A DNA stretch of 64,000 nucleotides from NCBI RefSeq assembly GCF_000181795.1, contig NW_003526941.1, forward strand, positions 4,031,637 to 4,095,636, in the 5' to 3' direction. Source of the stretch: Trichinella spiralis (taxonomy: Eukaryota). The notes under the pieces were generated by a model. It had not been told where the DNA came from, did no database searches, and saw nothing but the letters and a program-made list of their open reading frames with translations. Both the position numbers and the translations under genes were made by a program. Positions 51,062-64,000 of this stretch are shown here, piece by piece; positions within the stretch are counted from its first letter, which is position 1; every line of letters starts with the position of its first letter.

Positions 51062-53308
51062 ATGTGTTACGTAGTGCGTCTGTGCAATTTACCTCCCGAA
51101 GCGAGGCCGGTGGACATCAGTGACTTATTTTGCCCTCTAAATATTCCTAGTGGAAACATATTTATTATTGGTGGTCCTATGGGCGAGGCATTTGTTACGT
51201 TTGGTACTGCATCTGAAGCAGATCGAGCTCTTTCTTACGATGGCTGTATTGTTATGCAAGACGTGGTTCAAATTTGGCCAAGTTCTGTGCAAGAGATGCG
51301 AAACGCTGTTTGTCGAGTTCACAGCATTGATACCAGATTGTACAATGCACCAAATTTGCATAAGATGCATACTAATCCAAGTACTAAGCAACGTCCAACA
51401 TTGATACCGACACCGCCAGATGTGATGCTATCACCACTTGTTCGTAAAGAAGGTTTGTTGAGTAATCCGTACGCGGTTAATGGAATTACGAATTGTTTAT
51501 TGCCGACACCAGTTGTAGTGAATGAACCATTTCCAGTAGCAGATTTTGATTATTCTGATTTCAATGTCAAGCAGAATAATCAACAGTCTTCTCAAGTTAG
51601 TCGGATTCGTCGAGCATTGCTGCCAGATCCTGTTCCAACCGTTGAGCAGGAAGTTTCAATAGATGTTGAAGATGTGCCTGATTTACCGGTGCAGACAAAT
51701 GGGGAAACTGATGCACCAATGGAAGACATTTCAACATTTGAATTCGACGCGGAATCTCTTAGTGCAGCGGTGGAAAAGCTGATCGAAGAGATTCGTTTTT
51801 CTGTTCCTGATAAAAAAGAACAGAAAGAGTCGCTTTTAAGTGAAAGTAATGAAGAAGATTTTTCTCAAAATGAGCAGATATCGCGTTTGGAAGAACAATC
51901 AGAACTTGAAGTAGCTGAAGTTGTAGAACAAGTTAAAGAGGAAAAAAGTGAAGACTGTAAATTTGCTTTGCTGATAAGCAACGTTCCGGCTGAGGCTAGC
52001 CTCAATGACGTGCGTCAGCAGTTGGCATTTCTGAATCCATTATCGATCAAACAACTCAAAGGATCTGAAACGGCAGCATTGAACGTTAAGCCGATCATGT
52101 TCATGATGGTCGAAGGTGAGGCAGCTTTGCTTCGAACTTTGCTTTTACAAGATCAGGTGATAATTTCTGGTAGCAGTGTAAATTTCAAAAAAGTCGAACT
52201 GCAACTTGCAGCTGAGACTCTTGGCTGCTCTGTAGAGGAGCTGTTTGTCGACGATTCAGAAGGATTAGGAGAAAAAATTTCAGATTTAGAAGTTTCGGTT
52301 CAATTAAGCAGTAAGGAATTGCTACTGACTGGTGATAATGTAGATGAAATTGTTCAAACAATACCAGAATGGTTGAAAGCTGGTAGGATTGAACATGAAA
52401 ATTTATTTATAGAAGGTGATAAAAGTATTCGGGTAACTTTTCGCAGTGTGACCGACTGCGAGAAGGCATTTAAGTTGAGTGTTTCATTTTTTGATTCCAA
52501 GCAAGTTTCCGTAGTAGCTGTCGAAGAGAAAGAGCAGTATAATAATAATAATAATAATGATAATAATGTTGAATCTAGTAGTAAGTATATTCATTTTACA
52601 ATGACGCCATCACTGGGGGAAATTTCTGATAGTGAGTCATTTGACGAAGAAGAATCACTTTTGCCTGCAAATTTTCTGTGCTTGCATACGGTTCGCAGTT
52701 TAGCTAAAGAAATGCTAGTAGATATTGTACGAGCTTTGCCATGCAATCGTCACTGTCCAAAACGAATGTACAGTGTTAAGCAGAAACAGGAAACATATTT
52801 TGTAATTCAGTTTTACAATAGTTCATCTTGTGATATTTTTTTCAAAAGATGTCATGAAAATTTTGATTTTCATGAGACACCAATTTGGCAGTGTTGCCGA
52901 ACTGAAGCAATGAAGTTGCTTCGCAGTGGTTTCAGGCGGGTAATATTTGATTCTGGTCCAAGGGAGGATTGGTGGTGCAAAACTAGGCGACGTCTTACCA
53001 AAGTCTATGCACCGCATAAAAGTGATTTTTTCTTATCCGACGCAAAAATCAGTAAAATAGGACCGGTAAATCGTCTTATAATTTTGCGTAATTTACCAGG
53101 CAGTTGTAAATTAACGAGGAAAATTATAAGACGTATCCGTCAACTTCCTCCTGTGGAAGATGCTGTTCTGTTTCCAATTGATGATTCACAATCACGTTCA
53201 TCGATTGTATTATTGTTGAAATCCACATCTGATGTCGAAACAATCTGGAAGCTGTTTCATTGCCGTGTACTTTTCAAAAGAACATTGCTTGCTTTTCGCA
53301 GTGTGTAA
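51062..53308 (+). CDS. RBM12: RBM12/12B-like multi-RRM RNA-binding protein, intronless 748-aa CDS
   Basis: N-terminal VVRLCNLPPEARPVDISDLFCPLNIPSGNIFIIGGPMGEAFVTF...SSVQEM parallels RBM12 RRM1. A Pro-rich region and further degenerate RRMs follow. Confidence 0.72.
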   Translation: MCYVVRLCNLPPEARPVDISDLFCPLNIPSGNIFIIGGPMGEAFVTFGTASEADRALSYDGCIVMQDVVQIWPSSVQEMRNAVCRVHSIDTRLYNAPNLHKMHTNPSTKQRPTLIPTPPDVMLSPLVRKEGLLSNPYAVNGITNCLLPTPVVVNEPFPVADFDYSDFNVKQNNQQSSQVSRIRRALLPDPVPTVEQEVSIDVEDVPDLPVQTNGETDAPMEDISTFEFDAESLSAAVEKLIEEIRFSVPDKKEQKESLLSESNEEDFSQNEQISRLEEQSELEVAEVVEQVKEEKSEDCKFALLISNVPAEASLNDVRQQLAFLNPLSIKQLKGSETAALNVKPIMFMMVEGEAALLRTLLLQDQVIISGSSVNFKKVELQLAAETLGCSVEELFVDDSEGLGEKISDLEVSVQLSSKELLLTGDNVDEIVQTIPEWLKAGRIEHENLFIEGDKSIRVTFRSVTDCEKAFKLSVSFFDSKQVSVVAVEEKEQYNNNNNNDNNVESSSKYIHFTMTPSLGEISDSESFDEEESLLPANFLCLHTVRSLAKEMLVDIVRALPCNRHCPKRMYSVKQKQETYFVIQFYNSSSCDIFFKRCHENFDFHETPIWQCCRTEAMKLLRSGFRRVIFDSGPREDWWCKTRRRLTKVYAPHKSDFFLSDAKISKIGPVNRLIILRNLPGSCKLTRKIIRRIRQLPPVEDAVLFPIDDSQSRSSIVLLLKSTSDVETIWKLFHCRVLFKRTLLAFRSV

Positions 53309-54362
53309 AAATATTTCTTTTTTTCTCTCTTTCCTGTGTTCGTTTTTTCTCAGGTGCTAAACTGAAAGCAGTGCTTTCAAAATTGTCATTTTTCCGTGAT
53401 ATTATAATATGATACAAGCGAGTCATTTGTTTTGTTTTGTTTTGTTTTTTGCTTTGCATACTTTATTTTTTCTTTTTTGCATTTTTGTTAGTTTCTAATC
53501 TGATTTAAATAAAATAAATACCATTTTTTTAGAATGTCATTGTTATTTTGATAGCGCTGTTTTACAACAGTGAAATCATAAAAAAAAGCAATGCTAATTT
53601 TTTAGCGAAGATGCAGTGAATGGATAGCGTTAATTTATTTATTCAATCTTCTTTGTATGAAATTTTAATTTCGGTTTTCTTTTATAAAGTAGATAATTTA
53701 TTTCAACTTTAGCAATTTCAAAGTTAGCAAGTTCAAATGAAGCAGTCACACAAAAACAAAGAATATTAAGCACTTTTTAAAATTAAAATGCATTATAGTC
53801 ATTGCTAACGAGTCAGTGCAGAGGCTAAATCTGGGCCACTTCATGCATAATAACCATTTAAGCTGAATCATAATGAAAATCTTTTCAGCTATAAACCATA
53901 AAAATATTAAAATACTCAGTGTAACTTGAACTCTCTTCTTTGAAGGGTCATTTTAAAATAACTTTGATAAGCAAGCATCTGATCAGCGTATCTTTAATAC
54001 AAGAATTATGTTTGTAAGACAAAAAATAAAAGATAATTACTCTGATTCATATAAACATTTTATTATTGGAATTAAAATTATTTATTTTGTTTAAAATTTA
54101 CAATATTCAAAAGCTACTAAAGAAATGCTTTAACAAGAAACCTGCAAATTTTTAATAGGTTACTGTAGTTCATCAACATTTCTTCCGTGATGACTAATCA
54201 TTCATTGGTACAGTGAACCCGTTTGTGCTGTGTGTAAGGTGTCGCATAACTCTGAATGCTTTATAATTTACGAAAGTGTAAAAAGCGTTCAGTTGTCGTT
54301 TGTTGAATTTTATTTTGTGTAGACAAAGTGCGTGATTTTACCGGAGTGTTATCAAATTTTGA

Positions 54363-55612
<1,250 letters not shown>

Positions 55613-56308
55613 CTGAAACGCTGTTGCATGAGTTTTGCCATGGTCTGAATTTTTATTGATTATTTTGTCAATGCTTTTCTGAACTTCTGCATCTCTGCTG
55701 TTTCTGTTTAGTTTGTAAAATTCGAAATACATAGGTTTAACGTGTTAAAACAGTTTTGTTGATGGCATACTCATTTGTTATGCATATTGAACAATAATAC
55801 TTCACAGATTTGGCAAGGCTTCCCCTTTTGAAAGGTTGCTTCATTTTGTCATTTCATGTTTTCTTGCTCAATGAGGCCGTGCACGTTTATCATTGCAGCT
55901 AAAATTTGAATTTTACAAAATCTTGTCCATCTTTGTGGATGCGCCTGAAAACTTTTTTCAATTTTTCATTTTTTAAGCACAACGTTTGATTTGAAATGGA
56001 AAAGAAACTATTTTTCATCAGCTTCATTTGCAAGTATTTTATTGTTGTTGTTTTATAGGAAGTTATGATAAAAAGCTTTACAAGACAGATGCGCTTATAA
56101 TTGCGCGATTTCATTATAAGCATGAAGACAGTAAGAATGGTGTTGAAACTAAGCAGGCAAACCAAACGCGACTGGAATTATTTTCAATTTCGTCCAGACA
56201 GCTGAGAAATATCTTGATTATTTTCTCGTTCTTTTCGCATTCTGTAAAATTAGATGTAATTAGATTTTCAAAGAATATGAAGGTGTTGTTTTTTTCTTCT
56301 TGAAATTG

Positions 56309-59300
56309 TTACTGTTCTTTGATGCAAAAGTACAAATCCATGCTGATGTCAGCCCCGGCGGTCCAAAGACCAAAATTTTCCGCTTCCGTTTCTTCTAAAT
56401 ATACATAAGCGACTGGCGGTTCCTCAGAAAAGCCAACCAGGGTATCTTTGAGCTGAAACGGACTGGAATTAATCAGGGGAGTATTGTATTCGTTGCTAGT
56501 AGAGAAACCTTTGAAGCACGCGTGCCGGAGCAGAGGCTACTTTTGCGTGGTATTACATAGGCACCGTCGAACTCGTAATTTTTGCTGACGTCATCGCTTT
56601 CTGCTGAAGAACACTCTGAAGCTGATTCGATCAGTAAACAAGGCCTGCCATTGCCTGAAATCGTATAAAAGCAAGCACTGTTCAGCACTTTTCAGATAAG
56701 ATATATTTTCTTTTCTGCACAGGACAAAGATTAATAAATTCCGATATACCGTTCAGTGGTGAAGTAGGCATGTTGACGTAGGAAGCGACAACTGTGGCCA
56801 CTTGACGCAATTCTGCCAGCGTTTTCGGAGTGGCCACTGCACCATTTTCCTGTAATCAGTCGGTTTAAAATTTATTTGAATATTTTTGCAGATTGTTTAT
56901 TCGTGAAAACTTTTGCGCAGATTTGCTCATATCAGATTAATTTCAGAGTATTTTTTTTTCAATTACAGAAGGGTAAAAAGGAAATTGAATGAAATGTCGT
57001 TTTCAATTGAAATTTTCCAAAACGAGGACAGACGACAGCATTTCTTCCTTTTATCAAGCATTTGAAATTTCCGTTTTAAAAATGTGAACTTTTGTTGATG
57101 TAAACAGCAAAAAAGAGACATATAAGAGTTGTTAAACTCGTGAAATAGTTTTCTCTTTTAAACTTCCAAGGACATTCTAGGTACGTTTATTATTCTGATG
57201 ATATCAATGAAATTGGTAGAGCTTTTGTTGAACAAACAAGAAACAACGCTGTATTGAAAAGAGCAGTTTGATTTTGCTGCGACAGATGGGCAGATATGAA
57301 ATGCATCATTGTTTGCTTTTCAATATATTAATAATACGAGAAATGTAGGCATTGAAATATTATTTCAGTTAAAATTTTCAAGTTAAATAAAGGAAAGAAA
57401 GAAATACTGATAATGTGTATGTATACTTACATCGTTTGAATTGGTTTCGTCGAAATTAAGCAATTTTGACGAAAGAGGTGATGCTCTGGAAGAAGGTTTC
57501 TTCAACGCTGTCGTTTTACACTGCGAACGGCCGTTGATACTGTAAGAAGGTGATCTGACGTGTTGCCATTTTTTTGACGACGATATTTCAACCGGCGATA
57601 TTGGATATTGATAATTTGAATCGATCGTTTCATTTGCATGTTCGGATTTGTTGTTCATCTCCATCTTTGAATGCAAAGAAGCTAAAAAATACAGATCTAT
57701 TAGAAATCATATAGTCAACTGATTTTCGTATACTTTGTTGTTCTTTTTTGAATGCAATTTCTTTCAGTTCACGGTTTCGACGAAATTTTTCCAAAAGGGC
57801 TGTCATTTCCGCATAACCAGCGTTCGATACTGTGGTGGCGGTGGTCATTTTTTCTGACTTTTCTGAAAAATGGAAAAATTGATCAAACAAGCTGAACTTT
57901 TATGCATATGCAAAAAAAGGGAAACATTTCATGCTATCCTTGACATGCGCGTCTTTGGTATGGGTTTGATGAAAAGTTGTAAATTGAAAAAATAAAAAGA
58001 AACAAAATAATAATTGTAATAATAAAAAACTATTTCCATTGGGTTCATCGTACGTGAAACCCTGAACATCCCGCTGGTAGAAAGCTGCGTTTTTTTTCAA
58101 TATTTCGACATATTCCATTGCATGGCAGTTCGCGGAACCGGGTCACCAGCAGTTCAACAAATGCTACAGATTTTTTCTTATTTATTGTTGAAAGATTGAT
58201 TAACTGAAGCTAATTATTGTTTAACAAGATTGCGAAGTGGAAATTATCATGTATTTCGACTTCGACGGGACGACAGAAAAAAAGGGGGGGGGGGGGAAAT
58301 GAAGAAGAGTGCATTCGTTTCGACATGCCTGTTATATATGTATATATAATCAGTGAGAGAGGGAAAAAGACTGGACTAGCTGTTTGGAATGAGCGTAAAG
58401 CAGCAACGCCGTACAGTAAGAAAACAAGAATGAAGAAGAAGAGTACATTTGAACGGTGATGAAAAGGATTTGTCATCGTTTGAGGGGGAAGGGTGAGGGG
58501 GAGGATGGATGATTTGGCCAAATGTTGAAGAATAATATTTGCTCAGTGTGACGGTGCTTGCTTAAAATGAAAATTCGTTCAAAAGAACTAGTTGATCCGT
58601 GCAAAAGGCTTGTTGACCTCAATCTGAGCTTCGTCGTGGCCACTGGATGCGGGCAAGCGTTGATGGGCGTGGGCTAACATTGGCTTCTCTCTGTCAGACG
58701 GTATATCAAGTGAACGCGTTTTCACAGCCGACAAGCAGCAATGCTTAAGTGCACTCGGCATTTGTAGGAACATGAAAATGTTCATGTCGATACACAGTGA
58801 AAACAAAGTCGTGAACAAAAAGCATGCTATTCGTGGTGATTCATAATTGCAATAAATTTCATGCAAAATCCGTTGAGATTTCATTGGTAATTATAATAAC
58901 AATATAAACAATTATTTTTAAATTAAAATTGACCCATATAACGTAATCATTTCATAATTAGGAGCAAATTATTAACAAAAATTAATACTTTATTATCATT
59001 AATTTGCAACATTTTGACAGTAATTTTTTTTCCTACTAAATCCTGATCATTTTATATTGTACGTTATTTTGATCAAAATGGAGCAAATTTCTTTTTTCAA
59101 TTTCAAATGTTTTGTCACAATTAATGGTCAACGAAAGATGCGGATAAACGGTAAGATTGTGATCTGTTGTAGAATAGTTATTGAATTTGTTTGAATTAAT
59201 TAGTCATGCGAATGAATAATTTTTTCCGTCACTGTTTCGTGCCGAACGGTTTATAATTTCGACAGTGCAGTTGCGACAATTTATTCGTAAAATGATTCTT

Positions 59301-60525
59301 CTCTGAGCATAATCAAAGTTGAGTGTTAGGTTATCAAATGTGTGAAAAGTGGGATCCCAATTTTACAGTCAATTTTTATAGCGTATTTTTGTCATTTCAT
59401 CCAGGAACATGCAAAATTGTTATTTCATCGTATAATTTAATGTCTAAAAATGCATTGATCGTAGTTTGTCCAAATTGCATTTAATCAGCTTAAGAAATAT
59501 TTAGAAAAAAATTTAACTGTTCATTTGGTTAGATTATTTTTTTTACCATCTCGGAAATTTAAGTTTAAAAATTGTTGTGTAGTTTTATTCAAACTGATGA
59601 AATTGACCACGTTAAAGTGTTAATTAGCTTGTACTTGACCATTCGATATGCCAAAAATGGGCGACAGAATTGTTTATGTGAAAATTTGTTCCTAACGAAA
59701 TGATCAATTTGTAAAGTTGAAATGGGATTTTTATAATTTTTACATTTTACTTTGGTTAAATGAAGTCCGTTTTTGATTTAACTTGATTATCAAAGTTTGA
59801 TTGTTTTTGCTTGCATGCTCGATTGATAGTCAGAAGATCTTTCGGGATCGAATGAATCATTATTATTATAATGGTAGAAAGTGAATTCGACGGGTGGTTG
59901 ATTTTGTATAAATTTTCCAAATATGAATGAGAAATAATTTGAAATGGAAATTCTTACTTGAGAGGGGCTTTCTGTCCGTCGTCGTCGTCGTCAGTGGTGT
60001 ACAGTATTCTTTGGAAAGTTTAGCCTGAGCTATACTTGAATGCTTGGATACGGGTTGGTGGTGTTGGATTTGATGGTGGCAATTTGATTCGCCAGCGGAC
60101 AAGCTTTCGAATTTTTGCTTCAACTTGTGCACTGAGGATGAATTGACGGTCGTCTGTGGTCTTTTCGTTTTGTCGGCCATTGCTTTGGTGAAAGTTTCGC
60201 AACGGTCTTGCTGTGACTTTGCAACGACGGCATCGATTTGAACTTTTCCCCTTTGGCATCGCAATGGCTCCGATTGAATAATACACTGGGAATGGACAGT
60301 GTTGGTCAAAAAGCGCCGTCGTAATCTTTGGACAAATCCAGGCCCGTAGGCTTCTTCGTCATTTGGCGAACGAAGAAGGGCGGTGGTCTCTTTGGTTGGA
60401 CTTTTCTTCAGCCCATCCTGCGACGAGGATTTCGTGGTACGGAAAAAATCACACTTGGTCGAATAGACTTGCCAACGTTTGGTGACTGCAATGTCCGGCT
60501 TCGGCCATACGGTCACTGCAGTCAT
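56309..60525 (-). CDS. Uncharacterised multi-exon protein, possibly taperin/phostensin-like
   Basis: Exons at about 59958-60525, 57735-57863, 57430-57682, 56750-56850, 56509-56654 and 56309-56452 splice in frame. Motifs include YGPGFVQRLRRRF, SVHKLKQKFE and C-terminal FDGAYVIPRKSSL...LVGFSEEPPVAYVY. The family call is tentative and upstream exons may exist. Confidence 0.55.
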
Positions 60526-60764
60526 TGTTTGTTGTTTGTTGTGCAGTTTTAGCAACGTTTGCTTCGTTTCATACCTTCAAAGAAGAGAAAGTGCAATTAT
60601 GACTCAGCCAGCAGCAGATAGCAGACGAGCAGAAGGGAAAAATAGGACGCTCGGTATGGGCAAACTTTATAACATTAACATTAACATGTGACATCGTATG
60701 CTTTTGCAGCAATGCAGACAGAGAGAGAAAGAGAGAGTGAGAGCAATCGATAATGGTCAACACA

Positions 60765-60788
60765 CGCATACGCATACGCATACGCATA
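60765..60788. repeat. (CGCATA)4 tandem repeat
   Basis: Directly visible; an AG-rich run lies at 60721-60743. Confidence 0.9.
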
Positions 60789-63700
60789 CACTGGACCCGG
60801 TTCAAGCATGCACATACGAAACGATTGGAACGTATTTCGCTTTTCAATGTTGTATTGATTTTCTTTTTTTCTTTTTTCAACTCTCAACTTTCTCTCTCAA
60901 AAAGTCTAAAGCAATTGACAACGAACAACATCTCTTAACTACAAATATGAAATTGTGAAAAAAAATTTATTGAAAAAAATACAATTTTTTAAAAATACTT
61001 TAAAATATAAAAAATAAAAAAATATCATTTTTTAATAATTTTCCAAGATATGAGTGATTTATAACGAGAAAAGAAGTGTAATGGAAATTGTTCAACTGTA
61101 ATGGCCCTTGTATATTGTGTTTACTGATCGATTGGAGTTTTGGAGTTGTTTGTTGTGCACATGGTTGTTTGAAAATGGACGACCAACAGTATAGAGAATA
61201 AAGAACGTTTTGGGGAAAAATTTTATGCCTCCCCCTTCCACATCGATCAGGGGTCGATTTGAGCCAAATATTAAAAATTATATTTTCAAAAACTTATGCG
61301 AATAATAATAATTTCCTTACTGAAGCTTCGCTTTGACTTTTTCGTCGTCTCTGACCAGTTTTGAACTGCTTGAATATTTTAATGATTGGCATTTGAAAAA
61401 TTTTTCGGCTTTTCACAATAAGAAATGATCAGTTTTGAAAATTCTCTCTCTTCCCCCCCCTCCCCCACTCTCATTCTGCGTCGTCGATGCAATTAAGCCA
61501 AAAACTTGTTTCTTTCTGCATTTGTAAAAAATACGTTTGTATAATTTTCAAAATTATGCAAATTATTTGCAATTTTTTTCCCGATTAATGCGTATTATTG
61601 AAAATATTGAAATTTTATTGTAATTTTTATCTTTTTTTTTTGAACGAAATGAATATGGACTTCCATAATGATGGAGGAGATGATGTTTAGTTTTGTCACT
61701 TGTCTGTGTAGAGTGCTCTTCTTTCGTTTTTATTCTTTTCCTGTCAAAAGTCCCTGTGACACATCTTGTGGACAAACTTTTCAAAAATTTCCAGTTCTAC
61801 TCCAACAAGCATAATTTGAATAGCTTGCCTACTGTAATCAGTACACTGTTATCCGGCAATGTTGAAGCTTTGTCCTGATTCGGTGCAATTAACCTGAATC
61901 GGAGTGTTTTTTTTCTTAAATTCAACTGGCTAATTGAATGAATAACAGTTCAATTGCGATTTTATATGGAGAAATTAAAGTTGAAATTGATTTATTTGCA
62001 ACAAGGAAATTGTACACACCACTACTACTTTCACTGAGTTGCATGCTTTGATTGATGCATAAGTAGTGTATAATGTATGAATACTTTTTCCGTTTGCTTT
62101 ATTCTGATTTGAAGTATCTAAATTGAAAGAAATCTTCAAAGCTTCATACATTTGAATCGAATAAAGAAAATCCACCCCAGTTGTTGTTATTCTTAATTTT
62201 TAATATTCAGTGAAGAATTTTACTGTTTTTTTCTCTGCAGACAGTCAGTCAGTCATTCTAGCTTGCTCTGTTACAGAATGAATAGCTTTTGTTCGGTTAT
62301 TTATTGACTGACCTTCGGAAAAATGCCTTTGTCAGAAATGTTGAAAATCTGTTCGATTGAACTGATTCAGAGTGAAAAATGATTGAATTGAATGACTAAA
62401 AAATCAATCGGATGATTATGAATTTTTCATTATTCCATAACTGCAACTTAACTGCACACCGAACTTGTAACTTTATAACTTTAATCGACCGACTCTAGTA
62501 GGAGGTTCGAGATGCGCAGATGGGGGTTGAGGGGAGGAGGTTTGGGAGGAAGCGAAGCCTAGAGGGAATTGAACTCGACAAAATTTATTTCCAATTTTCG
62601 AGAACGTTTGAAATTTTTTATTCATTTGGAAATTATTTAATATATATATATATACAAATATAAAAAAAGCAATGGTGATTTATCTTACCTTTTTTTTCTT
62701 TTAAATTGAAAAGCATTATTAAAAAATAATTATCCACTATGTGTATATATTGTAAAGTTGTGCATGATGGTGGAAGCAAATATGGATGTGGAGAATTGTT
62801 TGCAACAAGTCGGTCTTGAATAGAAGTTTCGTATTTTCAGAAATTATAATTTTGAAGATGAAATGAGAAAAAATTTTCGGGAAAAAGATTTCATTTCCAA
62901 CGACTCAGTCTGCGAAATTGGGGAACAGTGGCTTAACGTTGAAAAGTGAAAATTTTTCTTTCAATCAACACTGAACAACACTGGCTGCTTGCAACCTTCG
63001 GTCAGCCAAGGACATGGCCAGCTTTGTACAATAATCAAACAGTTCAAATAGCAGATGTAAACAACTGTTGTTGTTGTTGTTGTTGCTACTGTATGAAAAA
63101 ATCAAATAACCTGCATCATATTGCATGCATAATTCTGCTCAACACTTTTTCCATTATTTCAACATTTTTGCAAAAATTTCCATTACTTAATTTTCATTTA
63201 AATATATTTCCATTTTTTTCTTTCATCCACGGAAACAATAAATACATTATACTCATATATGTATTTTGTGTGCATGCAGAATTCATTTGTTAATGTTCGA
63301 GCTAAGTGGATTGTACTATTTTATTCGCGTTTGATTGCAATCAACCCTGACTTCAATCCTCAACTGGGACCTACTTATGACGGCACTAGTTTTAGCAAAT
63401 ACAAATTGATTAAAATTAAAACAAGATAAATCGTTGCTTCGTTGTTCAGATGTACCAGAACACATATATATTTTTTTTCGAACATATCAGCTCAACTAGG
63501 AAAGATGATCCCTGTGGAATGGTGGGTGTGGCTCGCGCGAGGTTGTCGGCTGCTGGGTTGGCTTTTGGCATTCATGTTTGGATTTTTATCAAAAATATCT
63601 AGCCACTTTTCATTTCAACTTCAACATCTTGAGACACACAAACAACAACGCCAGATTCTAGATTTGATTAACATAAAACTTTGTATTGTCACGACGTCTT

Positions 63701-64000
63701 TTGAATATTGACAGAACTTTCAATTCATCATTTTTCTTCGTTATATGCAGTGTGTTATGAATTCTTTTAAAATGAATTGACACAAATCAGAAATGAAATG
63801 CTTTCTTTTCTGCTTATTATTATTTTTTTGGTTCGTCTAAATTTCGATAGGTTCAAAAGGAAAAATAATTGATTTCATATCAATCATTTAAGAAAAAAAA
63901 ATAACTACATTCTAAAATTATCCATTAAATGTATCATTTGTATGATGTTTGTATGTTTAATTTAAATCTTATTTGCCCACTTATTTGTTCTGTATAATTC

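Noticed and set aside
62495..62600. GGTTCGAGAT and reverse GAGTTCAATTCCC resembling tRNA T-loops
   Set aside because: The flanks do not form a T-stem or cloverleaf on either strand.
60900..64000. Several short ORFs in the terminal AT-rich region
   Set aside because: They are low-complexity or microsatellite-derived, with no domain signal or in-frame exon chain.

Overview
This is AT-rich, gene-dense eukaryotic genomic DNA with many short (mostly about 50-70 nt) spliceosomal introns. Composition, intron size, operon-like spacing and gene content suggest a clade I nematode such as Trichinella; this is an inference, not a database match. I spliced exons by hand into 23 protein-coding gene models: Spot14/MID1IP1-like, MIPEP, divergent CSN6, ZC3H3-like, DHDDS, LAP1/LULL1 (TOR1AIP)-like, short OSBP-related protein, RPL30, a RAP1-type Myb protein, RagC/D, angiomotin, a BRICHOS proprotein, AMP deaminase, NOL11 C-terminal-like, SYS1, DUF229, BPI/LBP, UBXN7, PRADC1, CMC1, RBM12-like, RAB6 and a possible taperin/phostensin-like protein. 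CDS coordinates run from start to stop codon and include introns. I found no supportable tRNA, rRNA, CRISPR array or transposon. The most notable observations are: (1) a 6-exon type II BRICHOS proprotein with an RRRR furin site that would release a 6-Cys, 103-aa domain; (2) a torsin-activator gene in operon geometry with DHDDS; (3) a stand-alone RAP1-like Myb protein; (4) an angiomotin; (5) an AMPD cassette exon bracketed by identical GGTGTGCAGTT motifs; and (6) non-canonical splice sites. Family assignments rest on remembered motifs; no searches were run.
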